From the human T2T-CHM13v2.0 reference genome, Homo sapiens, in NCBI RefSeq assembly GCF_009914755.1, contig NC_060928.1: 64,000 nt of DNA; one strand, written 5' to 3'. The translations under genes were made by a program, and so were the position numbers. The notes under the pieces are model-generated. The model searched no databases. It had not been told where the DNA came from and was given only the letters and a program-made list of their open reading frames with translations. Of the stretch, positions 15,730 through 34,479 are shown piece after piece; position 1 is the first letter of the stretch; each line of letters starts with the position of its first letter.

Positions 15730-16045
15730 CCTTTCCCTTTCTAAGTCCACAAGTTCAGGTCCCAACTCAGGCATCATTTCCTCTCTGAAGTTGTCCTGGT
15801 GGCTCCCCGGTCCTGAAAAGAGCTTGAGCTCCCTTTTTCTCTGCAACTCACAGCATTCGTGCACTCCCTCTACCATTGGTCTTAGTGTGTTGTATTGCAA
15901 CTTATTTTTCCATTCATTTGTTGACTGGTCAAGGATTTTAAGTAACTTGAAGGCAAGCGTCCTATATTTCTCAAATATTTGTTGTATTAATGTGTGAAGA
16001 AACAGTGCTCCAATAAAGCATTCCAACTGCCTGTTGAATGTAAGC
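15730..16045 (+). mobile_element. L2 3' fragment
   Basis: caactcaggcatcatttcctctctgaag...cagtgctccaataaagcatt. Confidence 0.5.
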
Positions 16046-16167
16046 AAGCAGAGATTTTTTTTGAAGGGCACCTTTGCCCTCTCCACCTGCCAGTGCTTGT
16101 GTGTGACTGACGTTCTAGCTAGCACACAACTACTTTCAGTTCTTTGCTCAGATTTTTTAACCACCCT

Positions 16168-16650
16168 TGTTAGTTTCCTAGGAGTGCCATAACGTCGTAA
16201 AATTACCATAGACTTGGTGATGTAAATTTGTGTTGGAAATGTATTCACTTAGTTCTGGAGGACAAAAGTTTGAAATCAGTATCACAGGGCCAAAATCAAG
16301 GTGTTGGCAGAACTGTGATCTCTTCAGAGGCTCTAGGGGACATTCTTGTCTCGCCCAGGTTCTGGTGGCTGCTGGCATCTCTGAGCTTGTTGCTGCAGGA
16401 CTCTAATCTCTGCCTCTAGGATCACACCGCCTCCTACTCTTCTCTGTAAGTCTTCCTCTGTGTTTCTCTTGTAAGCATTATTGCCATTAGATTTAGGGCC
16501 CAGATAATTTAGGATGATCACTTCATCTCAACATCCTTAACTTGATTGTATTTGCAAAGACCCTTTGTCTAAATAAGGGCACATTCACAGACTCTGGGGA
16601 TAAAACGTGGTCATACCTTTTTGGAAGCCACAACTCAACCCACTCTACCA
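16168..16650 (-). mobile_element. MLT1B/C-like LTR
   Basis: ttagtttcctagg...gttctggaggacaaaagtttgaaatc...gcaaagaccctttgtctaaataagg. Confidence 0.75.
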
Positions 16651-17307
16651 CCCTTCACCCATGATGCACTGTTTAGAAATCAAACTAGCTGCAGCCACTT
16701 CCTGCATCCTTTTAACCTGTTGGAATCCAGCTTCCTAGAGTTAAAACTAGATAACGTGTATTCTTTTGAGCTTTGTATAGTTACATAACATGTGTTCTTT
16801 ATAAGTGCTTTTCTTTCCTCAGCATATGTGACAGAAAGACCACTGTGCTAAGTTAAGCATGTGAAGATGGAGTCCTGGGTTTACGCCTTGTTAAGAAATC
16901 AACTGCAGTTTCCTTGTATGGAAATCAAGGGCCTTGCATGAGGCCATGGATTGCTTTTCACTTCGTCACCCACATCTCCTCTCATTTAGCCTTTATAAGA
17001 AACCTGCAAAGTGGGAGCTCTTTCAATACTGATTCATAGAAATCAGGAAACTGGCTTTCTATGATTAAGCAATTTGCCCATGATCACAAAGCAGATGTGA
17101 AAAAGATAAAGGTAATAAGTGGTCTATAAAGATAAGACGTGATGTGCACTTCCACCCAGTCTTTGCTAGTCTCCAAAGTCTCTCATTTGCACTAAACCAT
17201 GCTAAGCATCTCTTCAACCATATCAGGGATAGAGAACTCTCCATTTTATCCAGAGTTAATCTAACATAAGATTTTATCAGAAATCCAAACTCAAAATACT
17301 ACAAATG

Positions 17308-17308
17308 C

Positions 17309-17343
<35 letters not shown>

Positions 17344-17355
17344 CACACGCACACA
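17308..17355. repeat. (CA)n microsatellite, interrupted
   Basis: Read directly. Confidence 0.95.
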
Positions 17356-18429
17356 TCTATTCACCAAAGATTCTATGAATAATTAAAAATCAGTCTTCAT
17401 CTGCTTGACACTAAGTGTTGACAGGGCCCTGGACAGAGGCCTGTGTCAGCATTCTTCAGAGACTTCACAGCATTTGACAACTGCTTGTAGCTAAACAAAC
17501 CCCCTGTCAAGAAGGCCAGTTTTGGTGTAAAAGTTTCTGCAAAGAAAAAAATCTCTTCTCCTAGATTGCTAACCCAGCCTCAACAAGACAGTGACCCGAT
17601 TATGACTATCTTCTTGTCAGTTGTTACTTTTATCCTGATTTCATGGTTCAGCTGTCAAATAGCCAATCCTAGTTGAAGGCCAAAGCTGCAGTGAGAGAAG
17701 AAAGAGAACAGTAATACAAATAGTAAATTAAAAAGGGAGCTGTCTTCATCTGGTGAACAGGTATTCCCTCCTCAGAACACATCTTTTGAAATATTTGGCC
17801 CTGTATATTGCATTTGCAAAGTAATAATTCATCTCATCATTTTTAGTTATTGCAAACCTGTGTGAATGTCAGAGATTCTGATTAGCAGAATGCATCAGTA
17901 TTACCATTCTGACTTAATGTACTCATATCCAGAAAGCCCCAACTCTTAGCACAAAGGTCTAATACTGTCCCAGGACTTAACATCTCAGAGGATGAGAAAG
18001 TCAGACTATTAGGGGGTGAGAAGAGGTTGATGAGATAAAGAAGTGGTAGGGAAAGAAAACCTTGTACTCTTCCTAGAGGTTGGAGTGCTGACCCCCAGTA
18101 CCAGGGCTCATAGATGGGGAACCCCCAAATTAGGCAATTGGGATGTCATTCTTGAGAAAGGCCCATACTGATGGCTCATGCTGACTGAAGGGTGTATGAG
18201 GTCTTTGGAAGAAGCTTGTGACCACCCTAAGGTAAAGCTAATCTGTTGCTAATAAATGTCAGATTATGTCTTTAATTTTCTCAAAAGTCTGATGAGGCCA
18301 AGGTTATAGGACCAATTTGCATGTAGAACTTTTAACTCCCTCTTTGCCCATGGCCACAGGTATACCCTTAGTCTCCCAGGTTAGGTATCTAAGATCCCTC
18401 GGCTTCCTGGTCACAATGATCATTATTGC

Positions 18430-18770
18430 ACCTAGACACCTACTTCAAGCCTTTGTTTGACTATCACCTTCTCAATGAAACTTGAGCTGGTCATGCTATT
18501 TTAAATGATAAACTTCCCACCAAGGCACACCTGACATTCCTTACTCTCCTTTTTATTCTATCTGTAGTTACAAACAGCTTCTGATAAGCCCTATGGTTTA
18601 CTTATATGCTCTATTTTTTTTTTATTTCTTATATCCCCTGCTAGAATGTAAGATCCATGAGGCCAAGGATCTTTGTCAGTTTCATTCATCATAGAATTCA
18701 ACATCTCCAACACTATCTGGCACATTGTGAGCTCTCAATAAATATTTAATCAGTGAGTAAATGCAGACTT
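18430..18770 (+). mobile_element. L2 3' end
   Basis: ctagaatgtaagatccatgaggccaagg...tggcacattgtgagctctcaataaatattt. Confidence 0.75.
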
Positions 18771-19059
18771 CCACACAAAATGCCAAATACAGAAGAAGCC
18801 AATTTGGGGAAGTGGTGACTTAAAAGTAGAGTTGTACTCCAAAGATGATCTTTCTGTTGGCTTGTTTGTTTAGGGTAAAATCTTTTATTTATTTATTGTC
18901 ACAGAAATCACTGTTGGAATTTCTAGAAAACCAGATTAGATATAGGGGGCAGAAAAAATCAGAAAAATGTTCCCCAGCATGGCTACATTATGCCCTACCT
19001 TTGGAGAGTTCTTATTTAGAGACTGTGCGCTGGAGTCAGCTTCCAAAGTTTCAAGTTCT

Positions 19060-20035
19060 AGGCAACCTACACAATAGGAGAACATTTTTGCAATCTACGC
19101 ATCTGACAAAGGTTTAATATCCAGAATCTACAAAGAACTTAAACAAATTTACAAGGAAAAAAAACAAGCAACCCCATCAAAATGTGGACAAAGGATATGA
19201 ACACTCACTCCTCAAAAGAAGACATTTATGCAGCCAACAAACATGAAAAATGCTCATCATCACTGGTCATTAGAGAAATGCAAATCAAAATCACAATGAG
19301 ATACCATTTCACGCCAGTTAGAATGGCGATCATTAAAAAGTCAGGAAACAACAGATGCTGGCAAGGCTGTGGAGAAATAGTGACAATTTTACACTGCTGG
19401 TGGGAGTGTAAATTAGTTCAACCATTGTGGAAGACAGTGTGAAAATTCCTCAAGGATCTAGAACCAGAAATACCATTTGACCCAGCAATCTCATTACTGG
19501 GTATATACCCAAAGGATTACAAATCATTCTACTATAAAAACATATGCACACATACATTTATTGCAGCACTATTCACAATAGCAAAGACTTGGAACCAACC
19601 CAAATGCCCAACAAAGATAGACTGGATAAAGAAAATATGGCACATGTACACCATGGAATACTATGCAGCCATGAAAACGAATGAGTTCATGTCCTTTGCA
19701 GGGACATGGATGAAGCTGGAAACCATCATTCTCAGCAAACTAACACAGGAACAGAAAACCAAACACTGCATGTTCTCACTCATAAGTGGGAATTGAACAA
19801 TAAGAATACATGGACACAGGGAAGGAAACATCACACACTATGGCCTGTAGGGATGTGAGGGGCAGGGGAGGGAGAGCATTAAGACAAATACCTAATGCAT
19901 GTGGGGCTTAAAACCTAGATGACAGGTTGATAGGTGCAGCAAACCAACATGGCACGTGTATATAACAAACCTACACATTCTACACATGTATCCCAGAGTT
20001 TAAAGTAAAATTTAAAAAAATTAAAAATAAAAATA
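19060..20035 (+). mobile_element. 5'-truncated L1PA (about PA7/8) inserted in a MIR
   Basis: ORF2 C-terminus and 3'UTR. Perfect 15-bp TSD aaagtttcaagttct at 19045-19059 and 20036-20050. Confidence 0.96.
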
Positions 20036-20596
20036 AAAGTTTCAAGTTCTGACTCTACCACTTTCTTGATCTTGTACACATTATCAAAACTCTGTAGGCC
20101 TCAGCCCCCCATTTAAACAGAGGGTAATAATAATATTAGGTTTAAGTAAGATAATCCATGGAAAAGTTCAGCACTATGTCTGGCATATTATATCTCAAAA
20201 CCAAATTCTATAATACTTTTAATCCATCTTGACCTGGTAGCTTTGAGCCAAAAGAACATACCCACATATATATCAACAAGTAAAGCCAGCCACAAACACC
20301 CATGTTCACAACAATCTTCCAGGAATTCCCTCAATTATAGCCAACCAGTTCCTGAATCTGTTCCACCGGGGTCCTAGTTTGTAAATCTAGTTTCCTATTG
20401 ATATTCATGTTGTATTATGTTGGTATCTCTAGCTACTAATGCTGCCTCAAGAAATCTGACTCAACTCAACTTTCTTGGCTCTCTTGACTTAAACCATGTG
20501 TAAGGAGAATATGCAGCCAAAATAGTACAAGATCTGAATCTCAACCTATTGAGCTTAACCTTGGCCTAACCAACTGGCTTGATTCTCCTTGATTAG

Positions 20597-20959
<363 letters not shown>

Positions 20960-22189
20960 TAAACCTTTAATATTGAATCCATCACTTACTTTCTTTAATT
21001 TTATACAAAATATTTATTCATTTATTCATTACTTCACTCAGTTTTTACTGAGCATTATTTTATGTATTTATTCACTGACATTAGTGCCAGGATAAAAAAT
21101 TAATATACACAAAAAATACTGCTGTGTAAATTATCCCTATGACTTGCAATATATGCAATGACATGTAATACGTTTTCTAGCATACTCAACATAAACTGGG
21201 TGACTGTACATCTTGCTGTCTTTGAATCACAGTAATAAACTATCAAAGCAAAAGACAGACATACTAATTCAGATCAATAGAGCTTAATGTCACTGCAAAC
21301 TTATTAAATGCTGTGCCACCACTGCCTTTCTCATGAAGGAAGAGTTGCCAAAGAATATTAATAAATTTCCAAAATGAAAAATCTTATATAAGGCCATACC
21401 TAACTGAGACATATATCATTCCTTTTACAGTTCAGATTTTCAAATACATAAATGGAACAATAAATTTAGAGGGAAGCTATTCAACATTCAGTGCCTTCAG
21501 TTCTTGCTCCAGGCATTCTCTGTTAGCAACAGTATCATCAACGTGATTCCAAAGAATTGAGCTCTAGTTTCTTTTGATCTTTGGGAAAATCCAATTTTAG
21601 AACCACAAAAGTGAATTACTCTTTCCTTTTACCATTACCAAATATATATATATATATACCTTATATATATAAAGTCTTTGATTTGATATGATTAAATTAT
21701 AATCCCTTGTTTTGTTATTGTTCTTGTTCCTTTCAAATTGGATTTTTCTAAAAATCTTGTTCTTTGTGAAATGCTAGCGGAGGTACACAGAGAGCTTTGT
21801 AAGTGTTCCTTTCAGCACTCTGGTGACATACGGTTGAACGGACAAGATTGTAGAAGCAGATGACAGAGTCTGCACGCTCGGAGGTAAAGGCATTTAATTA
21901 TAGTTTTAGTTCAGAGTTTGAATTTCTTGGGGTGCATCCAAGGTTTCTACCTCAGTATCAGCATCTATAAAGCTGGTAAAGCACAACTCTTTACCTCTCT
22001 TCTCACAAGAAAATTATTGCTCATATCAATTCCTATTCAGGAGCTCTGGCTCCAAGAAAGCCAGCTACCTGGGAATAATGATGTTTAAAATACAGTTTCA
22101 GATCTGGAGATGAAATTTGCCATATTAAACCATCATGATTATTAAATATAGAGCAAAGGCAATATGATAAGACAAGAGCAATATGGGAA

Positions 22190-22400
22190 CCATTCACTGA
22201 CCACATTGCAAATGTAAAGCATTCTGCAGGTTGCTTTGCATACCTCATTGTGAATTCTCACCACCATCCTATAAAATAAGTATTCTTCTTCCCACCTTTT
22301 CTAACAAATAAGCTAAATGAGGTTTATAGAAGTCAAATAATTTGGATATGTTCCCACATATAACAAGTAGCACAGCCTGGGACTAAATACAGCTTCACCT
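22190..22400 (-). mobile_element. MIR
   Basis: tgaattctcaccaccatcctataaaataagtatt...gaggtttatagaagtcaaataatttg. Confidence 0.6.
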
Positions 22401-24399
22401 CAAGCTCTTATGAGCAAGCTATAGCTATGAAATTGCCATGAAGTTTAGAAGAATTTAGGGGGAAGGAGTAGGCATCCATACACGTTACAGGTATCCCAAC
22501 ATCTCAAGTGATCACATGGTGACTGTGTGTGTGTGTCTGTAAAACATCAGCTCACTTGCTCCTTTTTTCTCCTGTGTTACTTTTTTCCTAAGTCACAGTA
22601 AATATTTAGCCATCTTTGGGCCCTTCCACAAAATATGGGGCTTAGTCCACTGGTCCTAGGTGTTGCTCCTAGTAATAGCTCTTGTTGGATATTAAACAGA
22701 GAGCATCACTACACTTCTATGTAATACTTCCTGATGCTCTGATAGCCACAACCCTCTGAAAGCAATGAGACTAACCCTTTTTGAGGCCTTTGTGTCTGTG
22801 TTTGATTTTTTGTGTGCTACTAATAAAAACTTAACATTGGAGAATAGTGATTCAGCAGCCAGAGCACTTGCCATTCCTCTCAACACACTGCAGTCTGGTC
22901 TAGTTCTGTGCCTCTGCCCATGCTCTTCCCTCTTCTTGAAATGTCTTTTGCTCCTTCTCTGTCTGGTGAAAATTGTATCACTTGCTTTTATTCTTTATGG
23001 CCAACATCAAATATCACAACCTCTAGGAAGATTTACTTAAATTACCCAGATAGAAATAATCACTCTGTTTTCTGAGTTTCTATTAATATTTTATACTATA
23101 TTTTAATATGAATATTTAGCATCTATTTAAACAGAATCAGTTGTGTCCACCTTCTTTATCATACCTCATCACTGTATTCATGCATCTAGCAGAATTTGGC
23201 AAATAATAGCAATTCGGTAAGCATTTGTTGGATTGCATTGGCAAACAACTCCATATTTACAAATTTTCAGAGACTAGAACAATGATCATAAACTGAAAAG
23301 GATATCTTGGGAAGTAAATGCTGAATTAGATTTAAGTTTCAACTTCTATATAATGATTTTTCTGGAAATAAAATTCTGAAGACATTGACGAAAAAGAGAC
23401 AGAGACAACTTGGGTGTGGGGTCGGCAGAAGCAAAGGTAAATACTGTGGGGAAAGAGATGGAAATGTCATGCCTGCAACTCAAGTTTTCCTTGGACCAAT
23501 GTTCTTATCTGTAGCCCTTAACGATATTTAAAAAAACACATTTGGAGAATGCTGGAAACTAAACAAAATGTTTACTAAAGGAATCATCTGAGGCAAGGAG
23601 CATGATTTGTCTTTGAAAATAACTTGAGTCTCAGAAAACTGTTGGGAGATCACATCTGAAGGTCATGTAATAAGTTAGAGGCTGAGCCGAAACTGAGAAC
23701 TTGAGTGTTTTCTTTCACTCCATGTTCTTTGCCTTACTGCATACGCTCTTAAGTGTCAATCAACAACTTTCAATTGGCAGTTAGCTGCAGCTCACCCTTC
23801 TCCATCATTATCCCTTTCTATCCCTTTTTCCAGTTCCCTTCACTTTTCTCCCTGAAAACACAATGCAGACTCTTTTAGATTGTCACTTTGTGAAGAAAGA
23901 GCACTGTAAACAATGCCAGGTGCTCTGCTTTGCCTTAAATCATTAAACCCTGAGTCTATGGCAGAAAAGTGACTATTGGCAGCAAATTGGTCTTTTCAAA
24001 TACACCTGTTCACACAGAAAACAGTCACTCCTGGGAGAATCATCCTAAAATATTGACTGTTCTACTTTTCAGTGTTCTCCAAGGTACTGCCATTTAATGC
24101 ACTTGAATTTAAAAAAAAAAAAAAAAAGACCAACAAAAAGTTCTGTTTTCTAGCAGTATTTCATGTCTACTGCTCTATAGCTCCACAAATTTCAAGTCAA
24201 TAAAAATATATTGAGCATCTAATATGAGTCATGCCCTGTTGTGAATACTGAAGATTCTCCAGCTTATATGAGATATGGTCCTTGCCATCACTGTGGTCTC
24301 GGGAATAGTTAGTTATAATACAGTGGAGGCTGAAGCTATGCATCAAAGAATGAGTAGAGTGGTGCCACAACAAGTTTACAGTTTCCTTCAGCTCATTCA

Positions 24400-25420
24400 A
24401 AGCTGCCAACCTGTCCAGCTACCCTTCTGCCTCTTCCTAAGCAATATCTCCTTGTATTGTTCACAGTAGTTCAAACCTTCACCACACCCTCAAGTCATTA
24501 ACCCTAACACCTCAGCTTTCATAGTCAGCCAAAATCTTGTCTCTTACCTCTCAGAAAAGTTTAGTAAGTCCCTCAACTTTGGGAATATTGCAATCTCATC
24601 TACTCAGTCAGCACAGATTTATCTATACCTTCTTCCCTCTTTATTCTCCACTCTCCCAACTTGTAAAACATGATATTTCTCCTCCCATAGGCATCCCATG
24701 TCCTCTTGGGTCTCCAAGACCTCACATCATCAAACAGCTTCCGTCGGTCCCGTCTAGGCAATATTTTCTACCATCCCTGGTTCCTTGCTCTTAGCAGACA
24801 GACAGATATGAGTCTCTCTCATTCTCCTGGTACCCAAGTCAGAAACCTAATAGTCATCCTTGCCTCTTCTCCACCTCCACAATCTGTCACCATACCAGAG
24901 AGTCAGACTCCTAAGGACATCTTACCCAGTCCCACTTCATAGCCCCTGCTTCAGTTTAAGCCCACATCTTTTCTTACAAGGGTCGTTCCAACAGCCTCCT
25001 GACTAGTTCTCTCTGGCTCCATTCTTACTTCTCTCTAATTCAACAGTTACCATGCTTCCACAGAGAACTTTCTAAAATCTGAAACTAATCAAGCCATGAC
25101 TCTGCTTAACATTTTTTTCATGGGTTCCTTGCCTATAGAACAAAATTAGACTCCTTTGCATAATGTACAAGATTTTTCCAGATCTGCCTCCCACCTATCT
25201 GGCTAGCCACTCTGCCTCTCCCACTTGGTCTTCCAGCCTTGTTAAACTTCTCTGTTTCCTCCCACATCCCTGTACTTTCGCTCACGTTCCCCCCTCTGCC
25301 TAAAACACATTGTCCCTCCCAAATGCTAGCCATGACAAGTCTTCTTTCTTCAAGAACCTTCAGGAAAATGTTCATGACTTCCATAAGGTCCCTCCCACAT
25401 GCTCAAATACACTCTAACAG
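24400..25420 (+). mobile_element. L2 fragment
   Basis: Pyrimidine-rich L2 motifs (agaaacctaatagtcatccttgcctc, acagcctcctgactag, ctttctaaaatctgaaac). Confidence 0.7.
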
Positions 25421-26014
25421 TGTGGTTAGTGATGTTAACTCTTCAGGGAAACCAGAAAGGGCAAGTAAATTTACCTGTCAACTTCCCTTTTTTTTTTTAA
25501 GAACTTGGTCTAAACAGATTTAATCCATGTGTTATTTGGGGCTCTGCTTCTTTGAATGTAGCTCTGAATTATGATAACCTCCACTTATTTTCCTATCTGA
25601 AATAAAACCGTGTTTGTAGGTAAGTGAATTCTCATGTCAGGAGGAGTTGGTTTGAAAATTCCAGTTGTAAAACACAGCAGATGAAGATAGCTCTGGGGAA
25701 AGAGCAGTCAAAGGCAGTCAATCATGAGACCCTGCTTTTCAGTAAGCAAAGTCAGATGCTACCATTGTAGGTCAGCAACAGGCAAACTACAAATCAAGTA
25801 AATTATCACATAGGTCATGCCAAGTATTAAGACCTTGATGGAGGTCGAGGTTCCTCATTTCTTGGCAGAAAACATGCACTTGTTTTTCACCAGAAGTAAA
25901 TAAAACAAAATAGCTCTTTGTTCGGATCATTTAAAAAAATAATCATATGTAAGCCAGCCACTGGTGGCCCCTAATCTAAGGACAGATTCCGATTGTTGTA
26001 GAGATGAGCCGACA

Positions 26015-26280
26015 ATAGCACAACTGCATAGTGGTTAAGTGTATGGTCTTGGGAATTCATTTGCCTGGGTTTAAACCCTGGCTCGGCCGCTTCCTGGGTG
26101 TGTGGCATGAGGGTGATCATTGATCTCTCTGTGTCTCTGTCCGCTCATCTATAAAAGAGGAATCACAAAAATAGTAGTAATATTTATCACACAACGTTCC
26201 CGCTAAGACTAAGTAACATATGCAAAATTTCTGGCCCATGTGAAACGTCCAATATGTGGTATTAGTAGTTATCCCATCAT
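26015..26280 (+). mobile_element. MIR
   Basis: gcatagtggttaag...cctgggtttaaaccctggctc...ctcatctataaaa. Confidence 0.75.
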
Positions 26281-26627
26281 TAAATGACAAAATACTAACA
26301 GAAACTATTAAGAGGAATTTTTGCTTATGTTTCAACCATCTCCTAAATCTCACTTGTAACCATAGTTTGTTTGTTTGTTTGATAGTACAGTGGAGCTTCA
26401 TTCAGGGCTTTGGTTGAGAAGGGGTTTTGACTGATGCAGTCAATTCTATAAACAAAATCATTTTTACTCTCAAATAATTTTTTAAGTAATTTTAATTTCA
26501 ATGAGGAGATCTCAAATTCCTTCCTACATATTTCAGAAAAGATCCCAGCCCACAATTGTGTTAATTCCATCAGCTTTCCCACTGGAAGGTGGTTAGTTAA
26601 GAACCACACAAGTTTTAATGCCACTAT

Positions 26628-28766
26628 TGATATGGTTTGGCTATGTCCCCACACAAATTTCATCTTGAATTGTAACTCCCATAATTCCCGTGTTTCATGA
26701 GAGGAACCTGGTGAGAGGTGATTGAATTATGGGGGCGGGTCTTTCCTGCACTGTTCTCATGATAGTAAATGAGTCTCACAAGATCTGATGGCTTTAAAAC
26801 TGGCAGTTTCCCTGCATAAGCTCTTTTTTTTTTTTTTTGCCTATTGCCATCCATGTAAGATGTGACTTGCTCCTTCTTGCCTTCCACTGTGTTGTGAGGC
26901 CTCTCCAGCCATGTAGAACTGTAAGTCCAATAAACCTTTCTTTTGTAAATTGCCCAGTCTTGGGTATGTCTTTATCAGCACTGTGAAAACAGACTAATAC
27001 AGTAAATCGGTATCAGTAGAGTGGGGCACTGCTGAAAAGATACCTGAAAATGTGGAAGAGACTTTGGAACTGGGTAACAAGCAGAGGTTGGAACAGTTTG
27101 GAGGACTCAGAAGAAGACAAGAAAATGTGGGAAAGTTTCGAACTTCCTAGAGACTTGTTGAATGGCTTTGAATAAAATGCTAATAATGATTTGGACAATA
27201 AAGTCCAGGCTGAGGTGGTCTCAGATGGAGATGAGGAACTTGTTGGGAACTGTAGTAAAGGTGAGTCTTGTTGTGTTTTAGCAAAGAAACTGGCAGCATT
27301 TTGCCCCTGCCCTAGAGATTTGTGGAACTTTGAACTTGAGAGAGATGATTTAGGGTACCAGGCAGAAGAAATTTCTAAGCAGCAAACCATTCAAGAGGTG
27401 ACTTGGGTGCTGTCAAAGGCATTCAGTTTTAAAAGGAAAACAGAGCATAAAAAATTGGAAAATTTGCAACCTGACAATGCAACAGAAAAGAGATTCCATT
27501 TTCTGAGGAGAAATTCAAGCCAGCTACAGAAATTTGCAGAAGTAACAAAGACTCAACTGTTAATCCTAAAGTCAATGGGGAAAATGTATCCATTGCATGT
27601 CAGAGGCCTTTGAGGCAGCCCCTCTCATCACAGGCCTAAGAGGAAACAATGGTTTTGGGGGCCAGGCCCAGGGCTGCCCTGCTGTGTGCAGCCTAGGGAT
27701 TTGGTGTCCTGCATCCCACCTGCTCCAGCTGTGACTAAAAGGGGCCAAGGTACAGCTCAGGCTGTTGCTTCAGAGGGTAGAAGCCACCAAACCTTGACAG
27801 CTTCCACATGGTGTTGAGCCTGCAGCTCCACAGAAGTCAACTGAGGTTTGGGAACTTCCACCTAGATTTTAGAGGATATATGGAAATGCCTGGATGCCCA
27901 GGCAGAAGTCTGCTTCAGGGGTGGGGCCCTCATGGAGAACATCTGCTCGGGCAGTGCAGAAGGGAAATGTGGGGTGGTAGCCCCCACACAGAATCCCTAC
28001 TGAGGGAGCTGTGGGAAGAGGGCCACCATCCTCCAGACCCTAGAATGGTAGATCCACTGATAGCTTTCACCTTGTGACTAGAAAAGCCACAGACACTCAA
28101 TGTCAGCTCATGAAAGCAGCCAGGAGAGGGGCTATACCCTGCAAAGCCACAGGGGTGGAGCTGCCCAAGGCCATTGGATCCCACCTCTAAAATCTATGTG
28201 ACCTGGATATGAGACATGGAGTCAAAGGAGATCATTTTGGAGCTTTAAGATCTGACTGCCCCACCCCGGAGTTCAGACTTGCATGGAGTCTGTAGCTGTT
28301 TATTTTGGTCAATTTATCCCATTTGGAATGACTGTATTTACCTAATGCCTGTACCCGCATTGTATCTAGGAAGTAACTAACCTGCTTTTGATTGTACAGG
28401 TTTATAGGCAGAAAGGACTTGGCTTGTCTCAGGTGAGACATTGGACTGTGGACTTTTGTGTTAATACTGAAATGAGTTAAGATTTGGGGGCGCTGTTGGG
28501 AAGGCATGATTGGTTTTGAAATGTGAAGATATGAGATTTGGGATGGGCCAGGGCAGAATGATATGGTTTGGCTGTGTCCCCACCCAAATCTCATTTTGCC
28601 TACCACCATCCAAGTAAGATGTGACTTGCTCATTTTTTCTTCCACCATGATTGTGAGGCCTCCCCTGTCAGGTGGAACTGTAAGTAAGTCCAATAAACTT
28701 CTTTCTTTTATAAATTGCCCAGTCTCAGGTATGTCTTTATCAGCACCATGAAAACCCACTAATACA
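26628..28766 (+). mobile_element. THE1A/B-like MaLR provirus (LTR 26628-27001, internal 27002-28558, deleted LTR 28559-28766)
   Basis: LTR-int-LTR structure. 5-bp TSD actat/accat. Confidence 0.93.
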
Positions 28767-30658
28767 ACCATACTGGGCACTTAAGTCATGGAGAAATTCC
28801 CTTACAAAAATTATTATTGCCCAGCCTATGAATAAAGAAAAACATCCTAACCTACCAGAGGTAAAAGTCAGCAGAACTTACCTTGGTGCTTACTTTAAAA
28901 ACTTAATTGTTGCCCTTAGTACCTGAAGCAAAATTTTACATTTGTCAAAACTGCATAAGGTATTCAAAAGTAATGGGGAAAAAAGGATTTTGGTATTTAT
29001 TTTGATCTAGTTACTTTAGTTGAAAAAGAAGAATAAGAAGGATGGTTTCAATCTTTTATTTGTTTTATAAAGTTGCATTTTTAACTCATTTACATACTGA
29101 TACTAAGGAATCTATTACTAATTAAAATATATAGATGAATACTGTCTGGGTTTTAGGGATAAATAGAAGATAGATACACACACATACACACTCAAATATA
29201 GTGGTTAGGATGGGATGAAATCAGAGGAAACATTTTCTAGTTACTTTTTGCAAGGGATTAATGGTTTTGAACATGCACAATCCATTCTGTTACCACTGTG
29301 TTTTGTATGTTTTGCTCTTTTTATCTGAAATTTGTTTCACTATATTCCCAAAAGAAATAGCCTATGAGATCATGAATTAAAAGAAAATTGTCAAGAGGGT
29401 GAGCAATTATTCATGTAGGAACCAGGCATTCGGTTCAATGCTTCACATACACAACCCCAGTTAACCCTAATGTCAGGGGAAACTACTATTATCCCCATTT
29501 TGCAGATACAAATTAAATAAGACAGCTAGGAATAGGCACTTTTGGCTTCACGGAGCTGCCTCATTCTATAACATTGTTATTTTTAAATTTCGCGTCAACT
29601 CTGACATTTTTTTCTCTTAGCACTCATTTTCTCTTTCCTTATGGGTTTGACTGCTTCTCTGAGACCTTCTCAGAGTCTTCAGGTCTACCCAGAACTTTCT
29701 CTCTTTCCCTCTCTCTCTCTGTTACACACACTCACACACCCACACACACACATACATACACATGCACACACTTCTTAAAGTATAGACCTAGAGGTCCTCT
29801 TTCATTCATTCAGCCAATATGTATTGAGCACCTACTATTTTCCACACTCCATTCTAGGCATGGGAGATATAAGAAGGCTTCTTAGAGCTTCCACTTTGCA
29901 AGGGTAACAGATATAAGCAATACATCAAACAAAAAAACATCTCAATGCAGCCGTAGCTAATGTTCGTACAGAATACAGATTATGAAATAAGAGCATCTAG
30001 CATGCAGACCTAACCCTAAAACTGAGGAGAAGATAACTAAAATACTATGTTCTTTGAGAACATATGGCAGAGCAGTGAACATCCCTCTTTGGACAGCTCC
30101 ACTTGCTTCCTGGAGCGTGACCTACTACTCGCAGCCTTGACCTTGCTTTCCAACTGCCTGAAGCAACTATACATTCTTGCTCCCTGACACCCTGCCCTCC
30201 ATGCCAGACCTGACCAAACGTTGTCAAAATATCAAAGCAACGGGTTCAACAGGTGGATTCTCACTGTCATGATGTCTCTTCCTATGATAGTTTTTTCACC
30301 TATGTGTGCTATCACTCCTATTTTCAACCTATTTTTAGGTGGCATTGGATTTGAGATTCTATCTTAGGTACCTTTCTTTCTCTTGATTACCCTTGCTTTT
30401 AAATGTGCCCTATAAAAATAGACATGGGGGAGTTTTACTGTTACAAGTGATTCTCTTAGTTCTTGTTCATTAATTCTCTCAATCAAAAAATATATATATA
30501 TTTAGGACATCTACTAGGTGCCAGGCATTATGTTACTCATTGGATGTGAAGCTGGGAACAGAACAGGCATGAGTCCTTCCCTCATGGAGCATATATACTA
30601 GACAGATTCTTTGTTGATATATAAATACTGATTTCTCAATATTTATTAAGGTTTTTTA

Positions 30659-30976
<318 letters not shown>

Positions 30977-30978
30977 AA

Positions 30979-34479
<3,501 letters not shown>

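Noticed and set aside
15539-16248. Overlapping 152-aa (+) and 175-aa (-) ORFs
   Set aside because: They overlap L2 and MLT1 remnants and show no recognisable domain or exon structure.
26660-28780. Many 75-182 aa ORFs in THE1 elements (also 6213-8122)
   Set aside because: These are fragments of the degenerate MaLR internal ORF or antisense frames.
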